Both the position numbers and the translations under genes were made by a program. Of a stretch of DNA of 64,000 bases, positions 23,078 through 32,362 are shown piece by piece (position 1 is the first letter of the stretch; each line of letters opens with the position of its first letter). Source of the stretch: Actinomycetota bacterium (lineage in GTDB: Bacteria > Actinomycetota > Actinomycetes > S36-B12 > UBA5976); contig JAPLAV010000046.1 of NCBI GenBank assembly GCA_026393095.1, forward strand, positions 3,918 to 67,917, given 5' to 3'. Under the pieces are notes generated by a model. The model saw only the letters and a list, made by a program, of their open reading frames with translations. It was not told where the DNA came from and ran no database searches.

Positions 23078-23802
23078 TCACTTAACCAAGCAACTGTGGC
23101 ATTTCTTCCAGTCACTAAATCTCTTCTGAAAGAAAACAACTCAGCAGTATCGAAGGTGCAGATATTTAAATCTGTGGTTTTGATTTGATATTGGGCTAGT
23201 TGATGTTTAACACCTTTGCGAATATCAACTGCCAATTGTCCATCGGCAAGCTTGACTGCTGCACTTGGTTCAATGTCTTTTACTTCATCAAATCTTTCTT
23301 GGGTGGCAACAAAATTCTTAGCACTAATTGTTGGTCCAATAATTGCCTTTAGGTTTTCTGGTTCTGCCCCTAAATCAAACATTCCTTCAACTGCGTTTGC
23401 CACTACCCCAACTAACATTCCTTGCCAACCAGCGTGAACAACGCCAACCACATGAGCTATTGGATCAACTAAAACAATTGGTGCACAATCTGCTGACATG
23501 ATTACTAACCCTAAATTAGTTTCTCTAGTGACTAGTGCATCTGTATCAGGGTGAACTTCAGGAAATTCTGACTTAACATTAACCACATTTGGTGAATGAG
23601 TGGCACCTATAAAAACTAAAGGCATTGCTAAATGTTCTGCAAGTATTTCTCGGTTTTTAAAAACATCTGATTCATTGTCATTAACATGATCTGCAACGTT
23701 TAAAGTATCGTAAGGTTTTTTGCTGATTCCACCTTGGCGGCCAAAGAAACCCCAGTTTGCTTTGCCTGACTTACCAGATGAAATCGGTGTAGGCACCGAC
23801 AT
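23074..23802 (-). CDS. pgeF: laccase-domain protein PgeF/YfiH (peptidoglycan editing factor)
   Basis: 242 aa with SADCAPI and HAGWQG motifs. Occupies the conserved slot immediately downstream of ftsZ. Confidence 0.85.
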   Translation of the reverse strand: MSVPTPISSGKSGKANWGFFGRQGGISKKPYDTLNVADHVNDNESDVFKNREILAEHLAMPLVFIGATHSPNVVNVKSEFPEVHPDTDALVTRETNLGLVIMSADCAPIVLVDPIAHVVGVVHAGWQGMLVGVVANAVEGMFDLGAEPENLKAIIGPTISAKNFVATQERFDEVKDIEPSAAVKLADGQLAVDIRKGVKHQLAQYQIKTTDLNICTFDTAELFSFRRDLVTGRNATVAWLSE

Positions 23803-23809
23803 GTTTTGG

Positions 23810-24964
23810 CTACTTTAAGAAATCCGGTACATCAAGATCGTCACTTGGGGTGTCATCAAAAACAACTCTTCTTGGAGTTGAAGCAGTTGAAGCTTTAAAT
23901 GTTGAACCAACCACAGGTTGAGGACCTGTGTCATCTTTAGTTCTTGCAACAAATGATGGAATTTCTGGTTCTGAATTTGTAACTGCATGAATGGAACTTC
24001 TGCGCACTGATGCTAAATCTTTGTCAGCAAAACCTGCAGCAATAACAGTTACTCGTACTTCATCACCGAGTGTGTCATCAATTACTGCACCAAAAATAAT
24101 GTTTGCTTCAGTGGAGGCAACGTTTTGAACCAAACGTGCTGCTTCATTAATTTCAAACAAACCTAAGTCAGATCCACCAGCAATGGAAAGTAGAACACCT
24201 TTTGCTCCTTGGATATCTGCTTCCAGCAATGGAGATGCGATTGCATTCTGAGCAGCAATTGCAGCTCTGTTTTCGCCTCGGGCTGAACCAATTCCCATTA
24301 ATGCAGTTCCTGCTCCTGCCATCACACTTCGAACGTCAGCAAAGTCAAGGTTGATTAAACCTGGGGTAGTAATTAAATCTGTAATGCCACTTACTCCTTG
24401 CAGGAGAACATGATCTGCTTGTCTAAATGCATCAATTACTGAGATGTTTCGATCAGAAAGTGAAAGTAGTCGATCATTTGGAATAACAATTAATGTGTCA
24501 ACTTCATTTCTTAAAGCTTCAACACCGATTTCTGCTTGGGTGATGCGACGCTTGCCTTCAAAATTAAATGGCTTTGTAACAACACCAATTGTTAGAGCAC
24601 CAACTTCTTTTGCCACTCTTGCGACAACGGGTGCTCCACCAGTTCCAGTTCCGCCACCTTCTCCGGCAGTAACAAAAACCATGTCAGAGCCTTTTAAAAC
24701 ATCTCTTAATTCTTCGATGTGATCTTCTGCAGCTTGGCGACCTACTGAAGGATCAGCTCCTGCACCTAGGCCACGAGTTAATTCACGACCAATATCTAAT
24801 TTTACATCTGCATCACTCATTAATAGAGCTTGTGCGTCTGTATTTATTGCAACAAATTCAACGCCTTTTAATCCGGCTTCAATCATTCGATTTACTGCGT
24901 TAACGCCACCGCCACCAATACCAACAACTTTGATAATTGCGAGATAGTTTTGCGGAGCAACCAC
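23810..24964 (-). CDS. ftsZ: cell division GTPase FtsZ
   Basis: [22 protein letters not shown] and the [11 protein letters not shown] tubulin signature. The track ORF starts at TTG 24985. GTG 24964, preceded by GGGGGAA about 8 nt upstream, gives the typical actinobacterial N-terminus and is preferred. Confidence 0.95.
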   Translation of the reverse strand: MVAPQNYLAIIKVVGIGGGGVNAVNRMIEAGLKGVEFVAINTDAQALLMSDADVKLDIGRELTRGLGAGADPSVGRQAAEDHIEELRDVLKGSDMVFVTAGEGGGTGTGGAPVVARVAKEVGALTIGVVTKPFNFEGKRRITQAEIGVEALRNEVDTLIVIPNDRLLSLSDRNISVIDAFRQADHVLLQGVSGITDLITTPGLINLDFADVRSVMAGAGTALMGIGSARGENRAAIAAQNAIASPLLEADIQGAKGVLLSIAGGSDLGLFEINEAARLVQNVASTEANIIFGAVIDDTLGDEVRVTVIAAGFADKDLASVRRSSIHAVTNSEPEIPSFVARTKDDTGPQPVVGSTFKASTASTPRRVVFDDTPSDDLDVPDFLK

Positions 24965-25176
24965 GTTTATTTCCCCCTGTTTCAACTCTTAACCTCAACT
25001 TGAGGCTAAAAGTTGTTGCGTGTGTTAAGCGAAGAGAATTTAGACGTGAACTGGGACTTCACCAAGCACGCGACTCGGCGTGTTGCACACATATAAACAG
25101 TGCAGTAAAACAGATACAGAGTCAATAGAGTTGGCTTAACAAACTAGAAAAGCAATAAAAGGGGTTTTGAACTTCC

Positions 25177-26307
25177 ATGCATTTAGTTGTGCCTAAAGAA
25201 ACAAGATCTGGCGAAAAAAGAGTAGCTGCTGCTCCTGCCACTATTGCCAAATTAATCAAACTTGGATTTGAAGTAACAGTAGAAAGTGATGCAGGTTTAA
25301 CTGCCCTTTTCACAAACGAAAATTACCAAGAAGCAGGCGCAAAAGTAACTACAGATATTTCAAGTGCAATTAAAAATGCTGATGTTGTTGCATCAGTTGG
25401 AACACTTCCGGCAAATCTCTCACCTTCACTAAAGTCTGGTGCAGTTTGTTTATCTTTTGCTCAAGCAAAAAGAGATAAAGAAAATATCGCAGCAATTGCT
25501 AAAGCAAAAGCCACATTATTATCTTTTGATTTTGTACCAAGAATTTCCCGTGCTCAAAGTGCAGATGCATTAACTTCTCAAGCAACAGTTTCTGGTTATC
25601 ACACCATGGTTACTGCAGCATCACTGTTGCCAAAAATGTTTCCGTTAGTAATGACAGCTTCTGGAACGATTAGACCTTCTAAAGTTTTGGTAATTGGAGC
25701 AGGTGTTGCCGGTTTACAAGTTATGGCAACCGCAAAGAAACTGGGAGCAATAGTTTCTGGCTACGACGTAAGAACTGCCAGCAAAGATGAAGTTAAATCT
25801 GTTGGTGCCACATTTATTGAACTAGATCTTCCAGTTGTGGAAGGAAGTGGCGGTTATGCCAAAGAAATGGATCAAGAACGCACAAAATTACAACAAGAAC
25901 TATTAACTCCTTATATAACTGCAACAGATGTCTTAGTGACCACTGCAGCAGTTCCTGGAAGACCAGCGCCAAGACTTGTTACTTCAGCAATGCTTAAAGG
26001 AATGAAATACGGATCTGTGATTGCAGATATGGCAGCTGAAAATGGTGGCAACGTTGAAGGTTCAGTTGCTGGTCAAATTGTGGATGTAAACGGAGTGAAA
26101 ATTTGGGGCGGACAAAACATTGCTTCTGCTATGGCACCTGATGCTTCATTTCTTTTCGCAGGAAACGTAATCTCTCTACTTTCTTTCATCGTTAAAGAAG
26201 GCGCAATTGTTATAGATAAAGAAGATGAAGTTGTCAAAGGAAGTGCCTTAGTTATCAATGGCGAAATTACAAATGAATTTGTTAAAACTGAACTAGGACA
26301 GGGGTAA
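25177..26307 (+). CDS. pntAA: NAD(P) transhydrogenase subunit alpha part 1
   Basis: 376 aa alanine-dehydrogenase-like dI domain with the Rossmann motif VLVIGAGVAGLQ. It is followed by the small alpha-2 subunit and the beta subunit. Confidence 0.92.
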   Translation: MHLVVPKETRSGEKRVAAAPATIAKLIKLGFEVTVESDAGLTALFTNENYQEAGAKVTTDISSAIKNADVVASVGTLPANLSPSLKSGAVCLSFAQAKRDKENIAAIAKAKATLLSFDFVPRISRAQSADALTSQATVSGYHTMVTAASLLPKMFPLVMTASGTIRPSKVLVIGAGVAGLQVMATAKKLGAIVSGYDVRTASKDEVKSVGATFIELDLPVVEGSGGYAKEMDQERTKLQQELLTPYITATDVLVTTAAVPGRPAPRLVTSAMLKGMKYGSVIADMAAENGGNVEGSVAGQIVDVNGVKIWGGQNIASAMAPDASFLFAGNVISLLSFIVKEGAIVIDKEDEVVKGSALVINGEITNEFVKTELGQG

Positions 26308-26311
26308 TTAG

Positions 26312-26617
26312 ATGAGTATCGAAATTGCCTTACTAACAATATTTATTTTGAGTATCTTTGTGGGCTTTGAAGTTGTTTCTAAAGTTTCCACAATTTTGCA
26401 CACTCCCCTAATGTCTGGTGCAAATGCAATTCACGGTGTGATTTTGGTAGGCGCAATTATTGTTACCGGTCATGCAGAAAACAATTTGGAATTAATACTT
26501 GGTTTAGTTGCAATAGTGCTAGCAACCATCAACATGGTTGGTGGATTTGTGGTAACTGATCGAATGCTTGAGTTGTTTAAATCAAAGAAATCGACAAAAG
26601 CTGGTGACAAAAAATGA
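26312..26617 (+). CDS. pntAB: NAD(P) transhydrogenase subunit alpha part 2 (membrane)
   Basis: 101 aa three-TM protein (HTPLMSGANAIHG) lying between pntAA and pntB. ATGA overlap with pntB. Confidence 0.9.
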   Translation: MSIEIALLTIFILSIFVGFEVVSKVSTILHTPLMSGANAIHGVILVGAIIVTGHAENNLELILGLVAIVLATINMVGGFVVTDRMLELFKSKKSTKAGDKK

Positions 26618-27990
26618 TTCCAGCCTGGTCACAATTAGCTAACTTAGGTGCAGCCCTTGCATTCATTTTGGCATTGAAAGCTTTATCTTCCCCAAAAACT
26701 GCACGACTAGGTAATCGCATTGGAGCAGTTGGTGCAATTGCCGCAGTGGCAATTGTTTTCTTTTCTGAAAGTAATCTCAAACATTTACCACTAATTTTGA
26801 TTGCTGTTGCTTTTGGAACAATAGTTGGCTTTGTCGCAGCGAAAAAAGTTCAAATGACTCAGATGCCCCAAATGGTTGCTTTATTTAACGGTGTAGGTGG
26901 CGGAGCTGCGATGGCGGTTTCCTCTATTGAATTCTTAAAAGCAGGAGCAACAGATGGTTTTGTTGCATTGTTTGCAACAGTCTTCACAGTGGTTATTGGT
27001 TCTATTTCATTCACAGGTTCCATTGTTACGTTTTTGAAATTGCAAGAATTAATGACTTCTCGCCCAGTTGTTTTACCTTTAGGCCGATTCATAACTATCG
27101 GTACAGCATTGACCACACTTGTTATGTCAGTTTATTTAATGGTCTTCCCAGAAATTTGGGCGTTATGGACTTTGGTTGCTTTGTCGCTGGTAATGGGAAT
27201 TTTGTTTGTACTTCCTGTTGGAGGTGCAGATGTTCCAATCGTCATTAGTTTGTTGAATGCATTCACTGGTTTATCTGTTGCTGCAAGTGGTTATGTATTA
27301 GACAACGTTTTGTTATTGGTTGCAGGAACTCTGGTGGGAGCTTCTGGAACCTTGCTAACTCAATTGATGGCAAAGGCTATGGGTCGACCTCTTACTTCAA
27401 CTTTGTTTGGAGCATTCACCGCGAAAGCTTCAACAGCTACCGCTTCTGCAGTTGATCGTCCTGTTAAAAGTGCAGGACCAACAGATATTGCCATCATGCT
27501 CACCTATGCCACAAAAGTAATTATTGTTCCAGGTTATGGATTAGCAGTTGCCCAAGCTCAACAATCTTTAAGAGAACTTGTTGATTTACTTATTTCAAAA
27601 GGTGTTGAAGTTGAATACGCAATTCATCCAGTTGCCGGAAGAATGCCAGGACACATGAACGTTTTACTTGCTGAAGCAGATGTTCCTTACGAACAACTAA
27701 AAGAAATGGATGAAATTAACTCAGAGTTTTCCAATGCCAGTGTTGCTGTAGTAGTTGGTGCAAACGATGTTGTAAATCCAGCTGCTAGAACCGATAAGTC
27801 TTCTCCAATTTTTGGAATGCCAATTCTTAATGCCGATCAAGCAGAACAGGTTGTCTTCATGAAACGTTCCATGAGACCAGGCTTTGCTGGAGTAGAAAAT
27901 GAATTGCTTTTCAACGACAAAACTACATTGTTATTTGGTGATGCTAAAGATTCTCTTTCCAAGGTAGTTGCTGCTGTTAAGTCGATGTAG
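26614..27990 (+). CDS. pntB: NAD(P) transhydrogenase subunit beta
   Basis: 458 aa. A polytopic N-terminal half is followed by a dIII NADP(H) domain (VPGYGLAVAQAQ, HPVAGRMPGHMNVLLAEA, GANDVVNPAA). Confidence 0.94.
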   Translation: MIPAWSQLANLGAALAFILALKALSSPKTARLGNRIGAVGAIAAVAIVFFSESNLKHLPLILIAVAFGTIVGFVAAKKVQMTQMPQMVALFNGVGGGAAMAVSSIEFLKAGATDGFVALFATVFTVVIGSISFTGSIVTFLKLQELMTSRPVVLPLGRFITIGTALTTLVMSVYLMVFPEIWALWTLVALSLVMGILFVLPVGGADVPIVISLLNAFTGLSVAASGYVLDNVLLLVAGTLVGASGTLLTQLMAKAMGRPLTSTLFGAFTAKASTATASAVDRPVKSAGPTDIAIMLTYATKVIIVPGYGLAVAQAQQSLRELVDLLISKGVEVEYAIHPVAGRMPGHMNVLLAEADVPYEQLKEMDEINSEFSNASVAVVVGANDVVNPAARTDKSSPIFGMPILNADQAEQVVFMKRSMRPGFAGVENELLFNDKTTLLFGDAKDSLSKVVAAVKSM

Positions 27991-28025
27991 ATGAAAGATC
28001 TCTACAGAATTAGAAGTTAGAAAAT

Positions 28026-28952
28026 ATGGCTGATGACAAATTAGTTGCCGTTAAAGTTGCTGATATTGGAAATCAATTACCAAATCATGTCTCCCCTAGT
28101 CAATTATCAAGCTTTGATAGATGCTCTCTTGCATATTGGTTTTCCTCTGTTGCAGGTTGGCGAGAGCCAGCTGGTTTACCCCAAATTATTGGCACATTAG
28201 TTCACGATGTTTTAGAAAACTTTTTAAAGATAAAAGCTGAGAATAGAACTAAAGAAGCAGCTTGGAACATGCTGCGCGACACTGGTGAAGTAGTAATAAA
28301 CAACAACAAGTCCTGGTTGACCGAAGAAGATTTAGTAACACTTAAAGATAAAAGTGCTGAGTCCCTCAAAGGTTATTTCGACCTTGAAGATCCAACTCAA
28401 TTAGAAATTGATTTAGAAGACCTAGAAAGACCAGTAACTGCCATATTTGAATCAGTAAAACTCTATGGACGCCTTGATCGAATGACTAGAGATGGTGTTG
28501 TCAGAATTACAGATTACAAAACTTCCAAAAGACCTGCACCTCAATACTTAACCGATTCCCTTCGGCAAGTAATGCTTTATGCCGCAGGTTTAAAGGAAAA
28601 TGGTTTAGAAGTTGGAGAAGTAGAACTAATTTATTTACCAGGCAGAGATCGCGTTAGAAGACCTACCTATAAATCAGCACTTGATAGAGCTGTTCAACAT
28701 TTAGTTACCACCAGAAGAAAAATGGATTCTTCTTTAACTAGTCAAACCTGGATGGCAAATCCGGGAAACCCTTGTAAGTCTTGTGCTTTCGTTAAGGCTT
28801 GTCCTGCTAAAACGGCAAAAGCTCCAATTCCTGGAACAAAAGAATCAGAAGACTTATTACAAACTCTAAATCTTGAAAAAAGAGTCAGATCTAAATCAAG
28901 TAATGCAGCATCTGGAATGGAAATGTTGCCCTTTGGTGAAGAAGCACAATGA
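28026..28952 (+). CDS. Cas4-like/RecB-family PD-(D/E)XK exonuclease with 4-Cys cluster signature
   Basis: 308 aa. N-terminal Cys in SPSQLSSFDRCSLAYWF; GTLVHDVLE; motif II GRLDRM; motif III ITDYKTSK; QVMLY; C-terminal CX2CX5C (CKSCAFVKAC). This is the full motif set of Cas4/AddB-type iron-sulfur nucleases. Confidence 0.8.
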   Translation: MADDKLVAVKVADIGNQLPNHVSPSQLSSFDRCSLAYWFSSVAGWREPAGLPQIIGTLVHDVLENFLKIKAENRTKEAAWNMLRDTGEVVINNNKSWLTEEDLVTLKDKSAESLKGYFDLEDPTQLEIDLEDLERPVTAIFESVKLYGRLDRMTRDGVVRITDYKTSKRPAPQYLTDSLRQVMLYAAGLKENGLEVGEVELIYLPGRDRVRRPTYKSALDRAVQHLVTTRRKMDSSLTSQTWMANPGNPCKSCAFVKACPAKTAKAPIPGTKESEDLLQTLNLEKRVRSKSSNAASGMEMLPFGEEAQ

Positions 28953-30808
28953 CAACTCAAATTCCACAAGAATGGAAACCAGGATTTCCAGTAACTAACG
29001 CAGGTTTCTTAAGAATTTCTGCTTCTCAAGTAGGTGCTGAAGAAAACAGAGCTTGTCATGATTTTATTTCACTTAAATCTCGTCCAGCAGCAAAAATTGG
29101 TGAAGGCTACATGCAACTTCGCTATCCCCCTTTTGAATCTTTTCCACTGGGAATTGTGCGCGATGCATTACTTGCCACAATTAACAACGACAAAGTAATT
29201 CATGAATTTGAAGATATGGACGATATTGCAGAAAATGCAATCTCTGAAGCAATTAGTAAAACTCGAGGCAAGGTTGAGAAGTCTCACAAGCTATGGGCCA
29301 TAGATGCCCTTATTGGTTACCTAACTGCTTGGGAAAAAGCAAGAAAAGAAGATTTAGCAAACAACGTAGATTTCACAGACTTAGAAGTGATTCAAGCATT
29401 TGATGAAACAGAAAATTCTCACACTGAATGGTTTGCTTGGGGAATCTATTTAACTTCTAATGATGGAAAAATTCGAGAATTTAGAGCCTTAAAGTTTTCT
29501 AAAGCAGGATTAACTCCATTAAATCCTGTAAGAGCTGGTGTGATTGCACGAATTCTTGCTGATGGAGTACCGCACAGTGAACCAAGTTGGAGTTCTCCCC
29601 GAGATCCAATTTATAAAGTATTAAAACCTGCTGAACATGTCAGAATCAGAGAAATTGGATGTCTTGATTCAAGTCAAGCAATTGTCTTAGAAGCAAGTGT
29701 TGCTGAAGCAAGAAAACTGTTTCAGGAAAAAGCTTTACCAATCGTTATCGAAAGAGTACAAGGAGGAACGCAAAAACCTGGACCAAGTTGTCGAGGATGT
29801 CGCGCCAACACAATGTGTGAGACATTACCTAACCGCCCAGGCCTATTAGGTATTACAGCCTTTGCTCCCTGGCCTAAGGCCTATTCACCATCCAAATTTC
29901 ACACTTACAGAAGATGTCCTCGTCAATATTTCTTACAAGATGAACTTGGTTTAAGAACTAAACCAGAAAGCCAAAACTCAGCCCAACAAAGAGGTTTACT
30001 AGTTCATGCGTGGTTGGAACAAGCACATAAGAGATCTCTTGAATGCTCTAAAGAAGATTTACCAACTAATTCAACTTTAGGAGTTATTGCTACTGAACTT
30101 GGTTGGAATCAAGATGAAGCAAATGTTGCTTTGCCTTTTTTGTCCCAACATCAATTGACTTGCCCAATAAATAAATCATCCAAGGTAGCAACCGAAATAT
30201 CTGTTGAAGCCCTAGATACTGATGCTGACATTTCAATAAGTACTAGACCAGATCTAATTTATAAGAATGGTGATGATTTGGTATGGCGAGAAATGAAAAC
30301 AGTTTCAAGTATTAAAGATTTAGAAAACGATATTTACTTCAATATCTATCCTCAGTTACCTTTGGCCATCAGACTCATGGTCGAAAATGCCATCCCAAAA
30401 AATGTCATGGAAAAACTTGGTGAGTACAAAAACAAACGAGTTGAATTAGAGCTGATTTCTCCTGATGAGTGTAAAACCATAACTTGGGATTGTGATGATG
30501 AAAAAGTAAAACTTTCTGCTTGGTCACAATTAGCTGAGCAAGTTGATAATTGGGCTAGTGACACACTCTTTGCTCCTTCTGCTAATCCGCCTTGTAATTG
30601 GTGCAAAGTGAGTAAATGGTGTGAATTCGCAAATGCAGAACTAGTTAAAGCTGATATTGGTGGACTGCAAGTTGATTTGAAGACCGGGGAAATAATTGAA
30701 AACGCATCAATTCCCTTGATTAGTAATGATGATCGTGTTGCAAAGGCGTTAGGACTAGCGGCTTCCTTGGCTGAAGTTAGTGAAAATGATGAAGATATTC
30801 CTTTCTAA
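28949..30808 (+). CDS. two-domain Cas4-like nuclease paralog (degenerate N-domain plus intact C-domain), unknown function
   Basis: 619 aa, with an ATGA overlap onto the preceding gene. C-half: SPSKFHTYRRCPRQYFL, GLLVHAWLE, TRPDLIY, VWREMKT and CNWCKVSKWC. N-half: SASQVGAEENRACHDFI, GIVRDALL, WGIYLTSNDGKIREFRALKFSK (acidic catalytic residues replaced) and CRGCRANTMC. No Walker A or helicase motif was seen. Confidence 0.65.
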   Translation: MTTQIPQEWKPGFPVTNAGFLRISASQVGAEENRACHDFISLKSRPAAKIGEGYMQLRYPPFESFPLGIVRDALLATINNDKVIHEFEDMDDIAENAISEAISKTRGKVEKSHKLWAIDALIGYLTAWEKARKEDLANNVDFTDLEVIQAFDETENSHTEWFAWGIYLTSNDGKIREFRALKFSKAGLTPLNPVRAGVIARILADGVPHSEPSWSSPRDPIYKVLKPAEHVRIREIGCLDSSQAIVLEASVAEARKLFQEKALPIVIERVQGGTQKPGPSCRGCRANTMCETLPNRPGLLGITAFAPWPKAYSPSKFHTYRRCPRQYFLQDELGLRTKPESQNSAQQRGLLVHAWLEQAHKRSLECSKEDLPTNSTLGVIATELGWNQDEANVALPFLSQHQLTCPINKSSKVATEISVEALDTDADISISTRPDLIYKNGDDLVWREMKTVSSIKDLENDIYFNIYPQLPLAIRLMVENAIPKNVMEKLGEYKNKRVELELISPDECKTITWDCDDEKVKLSAWSQLAEQVDNWASDTLFAPSANPPCNWCKVSKWCEFANAELVKADIGGLQVDLKTGEIIENASIPLISNDDRVAKALGLAASLAEVSENDEDIPF

Positions 30809-30818
30809 ACCAACCCCG

Positions 30819-30840
30819 AAGGTAAAAAATACCTTGTTTA
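30819..30840 (+). terminator. weak AT-rich hairpin, possible terminator/attenuator after the nuclease pair
   Basis: AAGGTA-aaaaa-TACCTT (30819-30835) followed by GTTTA. The stem is short and AT-rich, and the T tract is poor. Confidence 0.2.
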
Positions 30841-30856
30841 GTGATTGGATTTAATT

Positions 30857-32362
30857 ATGACAAGTCAAGTTATGCAAGTTCCAGATTCAGTTGCTAATCC
30901 AAATAGTGATGCAACCGCCAAACTTCTTTCTAAAGTTCCAACTGGTCTATTAATTGGAGATAAATTCGTTGTTGGTTCAAATGAACCATTTAATGTTACA
31001 GATCCTGCTAACGGTGAAGTTCTCACAAAAGTTGCTAATGCTGGAGTTGCTGACTTACAAAAGGCTTTAGACATTGCAGTTGTTGCTCAAGAAAAATGGG
31101 CTAAAACTGCTCCCAGAGTTCGTGGTGAAGTATTAAGAAAAACTTATGAATTAATGATCGCCCAAGCTGATGACTTAGCAATGTTGATGTCATTAGAAAA
31201 CGGAAAGACTTTGGTTGATGCAAAAGCCGAAGTTACCTATGCTGCTGAATTTTTTAGATGGTTCTCTGAAGAAGCAGTAAGAATTGATGGATCAATCAGA
31301 AATGCACCAAGTGGTGCTAACCGAATTTTGACTTACAAACAACCAATAGGAATTGCATTCTTAATCACTCCTTGGAATTTCCCAGCAGCTATGTACACCA
31401 GAAAAGTTGGTGCAGCTCTTGCTGCAGGTTGTGCAGCCATCTTGAAACCAGCATCAGAGACTCCACTAACTGCATTGGCAATTAGCAAGATCATGTTAGA
31501 AGCAGGTGCTCTTCCTGGAACTGTTTCAGTTTTGCAAACAAATCAGCCAGGTCCTTTAACTGATGCAGCTCTTTCAGATGAAAGAGTTGGCAAATTATCT
31601 TTCACCGGTTCCACTGGAATTGGCAAAATGCTTTTGAAAAAAGCAGCCGAAAGAGTTTTGAATTGTTCTATGGAACTAGGCGGTAATGCTCCGTTCATTG
31701 TGCTTGATGATGCAGATATTGATGCAGCAATTGATGGCGCCATGATTGCCAAAATGCGTAATGGTGGTCAAGCATGCACCGCGGCAAATAGATTCTTTGT
31801 GCAAGAAAAAGCACACGATGAATTCGTAACCAAACTGGCCCAACGAATGGGTGCATTAAAAGTAGGCCATGGAACTTCTACTGACACTAGTCTTGCTCCG
31901 CTAGTAAACAGAAAAGCTGTTGGTTCAGTTGGAGAACTAGTAAATGATGCAATTAGTAAAGGTGCTACCCAAATAGTTGGCGGAACACCTTCTCCTGGTC
32001 CTGGCTGTTATTTTCCAGCTACAGTTTTAGGAAATGTTTCAGCTGATGCCAAGATAATTTCTGAAGAAGTATTTGGTCCAGTTGCGGCAGTTGTAAAAGT
32101 AAAAGATGAAGCAGAAGCCTTAAAGATTTCGAACAAATCAGAATATGGTTTAGCCGGTTACATTTACACCAAAGATCTTGCTCGAGGTTTAAGGGTAAGT
32201 GAAGCATTACAAGTTGGAATGATTGGTCTCAATCGTGGTTTAGTTTCAGATCCTTCCGCACCATTTGGTGGTGTTAAACAATCTGGATTAGGTCGTGAAG
32301 GTGGCTATGAAGGAATTGATGAATATCTAGAGATTAAGTACGTAGCAACAAACGACTTTTAA
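30857..32362 (+). CDS. gabD: NAD(P)-dependent succinate-semialdehyde dehydrogenase (aldehyde dehydrogenase family)
   Basis: About 500 aa ALDH with ITPWNFP, FTGSTGIGK, the catalytic MELGGNAP and GGQACTAANRFFVQ motifs. The track start TTG 30845 is the alternative to ATG 30857. The 3' end overlaps ftsQ convergently. Confidence 0.8.
   Translation: MTSQVMQVPDSVANPNSDATAKLLSKVPTGLLIGDKFVVGSNEPFNVTDPANGEVLTKVANAGVADLQKALDIAVVAQEKWAKTAPRVRGEVLRKTYELMIAQADDLAMLMSLENGKTLVDAKAEVTYAAEFFRWFSEEAVRIDGSIRNAPSGANRILTYKQPIGIAFLITPWNFPAAMYTRKVGAALAAGCAAILKPASETPLTALAISKIMLEAGALPGTVSVLQTNQPGPLTDAALSDERVGKLSFTGSTGIGKMLLKKAAERVLNCSMELGGNAPFIVLDDADIDAAIDGAMIAKMRNGGQACTAANRFFVQEKAHDEFVTKLAQRMGALKVGHGTSTDTSLAPLVNRKAVGSVGELVNDAISKGATQIVGGTPSPGPGCYFPATVLGNVSADAKIISEEVFGPVAAVVKVKDEAEALKISNKSEYGLAGYIYTKDLARGLRVSEALQVGMIGLNRGLVSDPSAPFGGVKQSGLGREGGYEGIDEYLEIKYVATNDF

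Noticed and set aside
25020-25100. Small inverted repeats in the ftsZ-pntAA spacer as regulatory elements: CCTCAAcTTGAGG at about 24993-25005 and CACGC-gactcg-GCGTG at 25067-25082.
   Set aside because: They are short (5-6 bp), one has a sterically impossible 1-nt loop as an RNA hairpin, and I could not pair them with recognisable -35/-10 elements or known operator consensus sequences. I note them only as context for the ftsZ promoter question.
24986-32362. The pnt / nuclease / gabD block as a mobile element or genomic island inserted into the dcw cluster.
   Set aside because: There is no integrase, transposase, tRNA target, direct or inverted terminal repeats, or visible compositional shift. 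The right end overlaps the ftsQ stop by 4 nt, leaving no room for an att site. I treat it as an ancient rearrangement and report it as a synteny finding, not as a mobile element.
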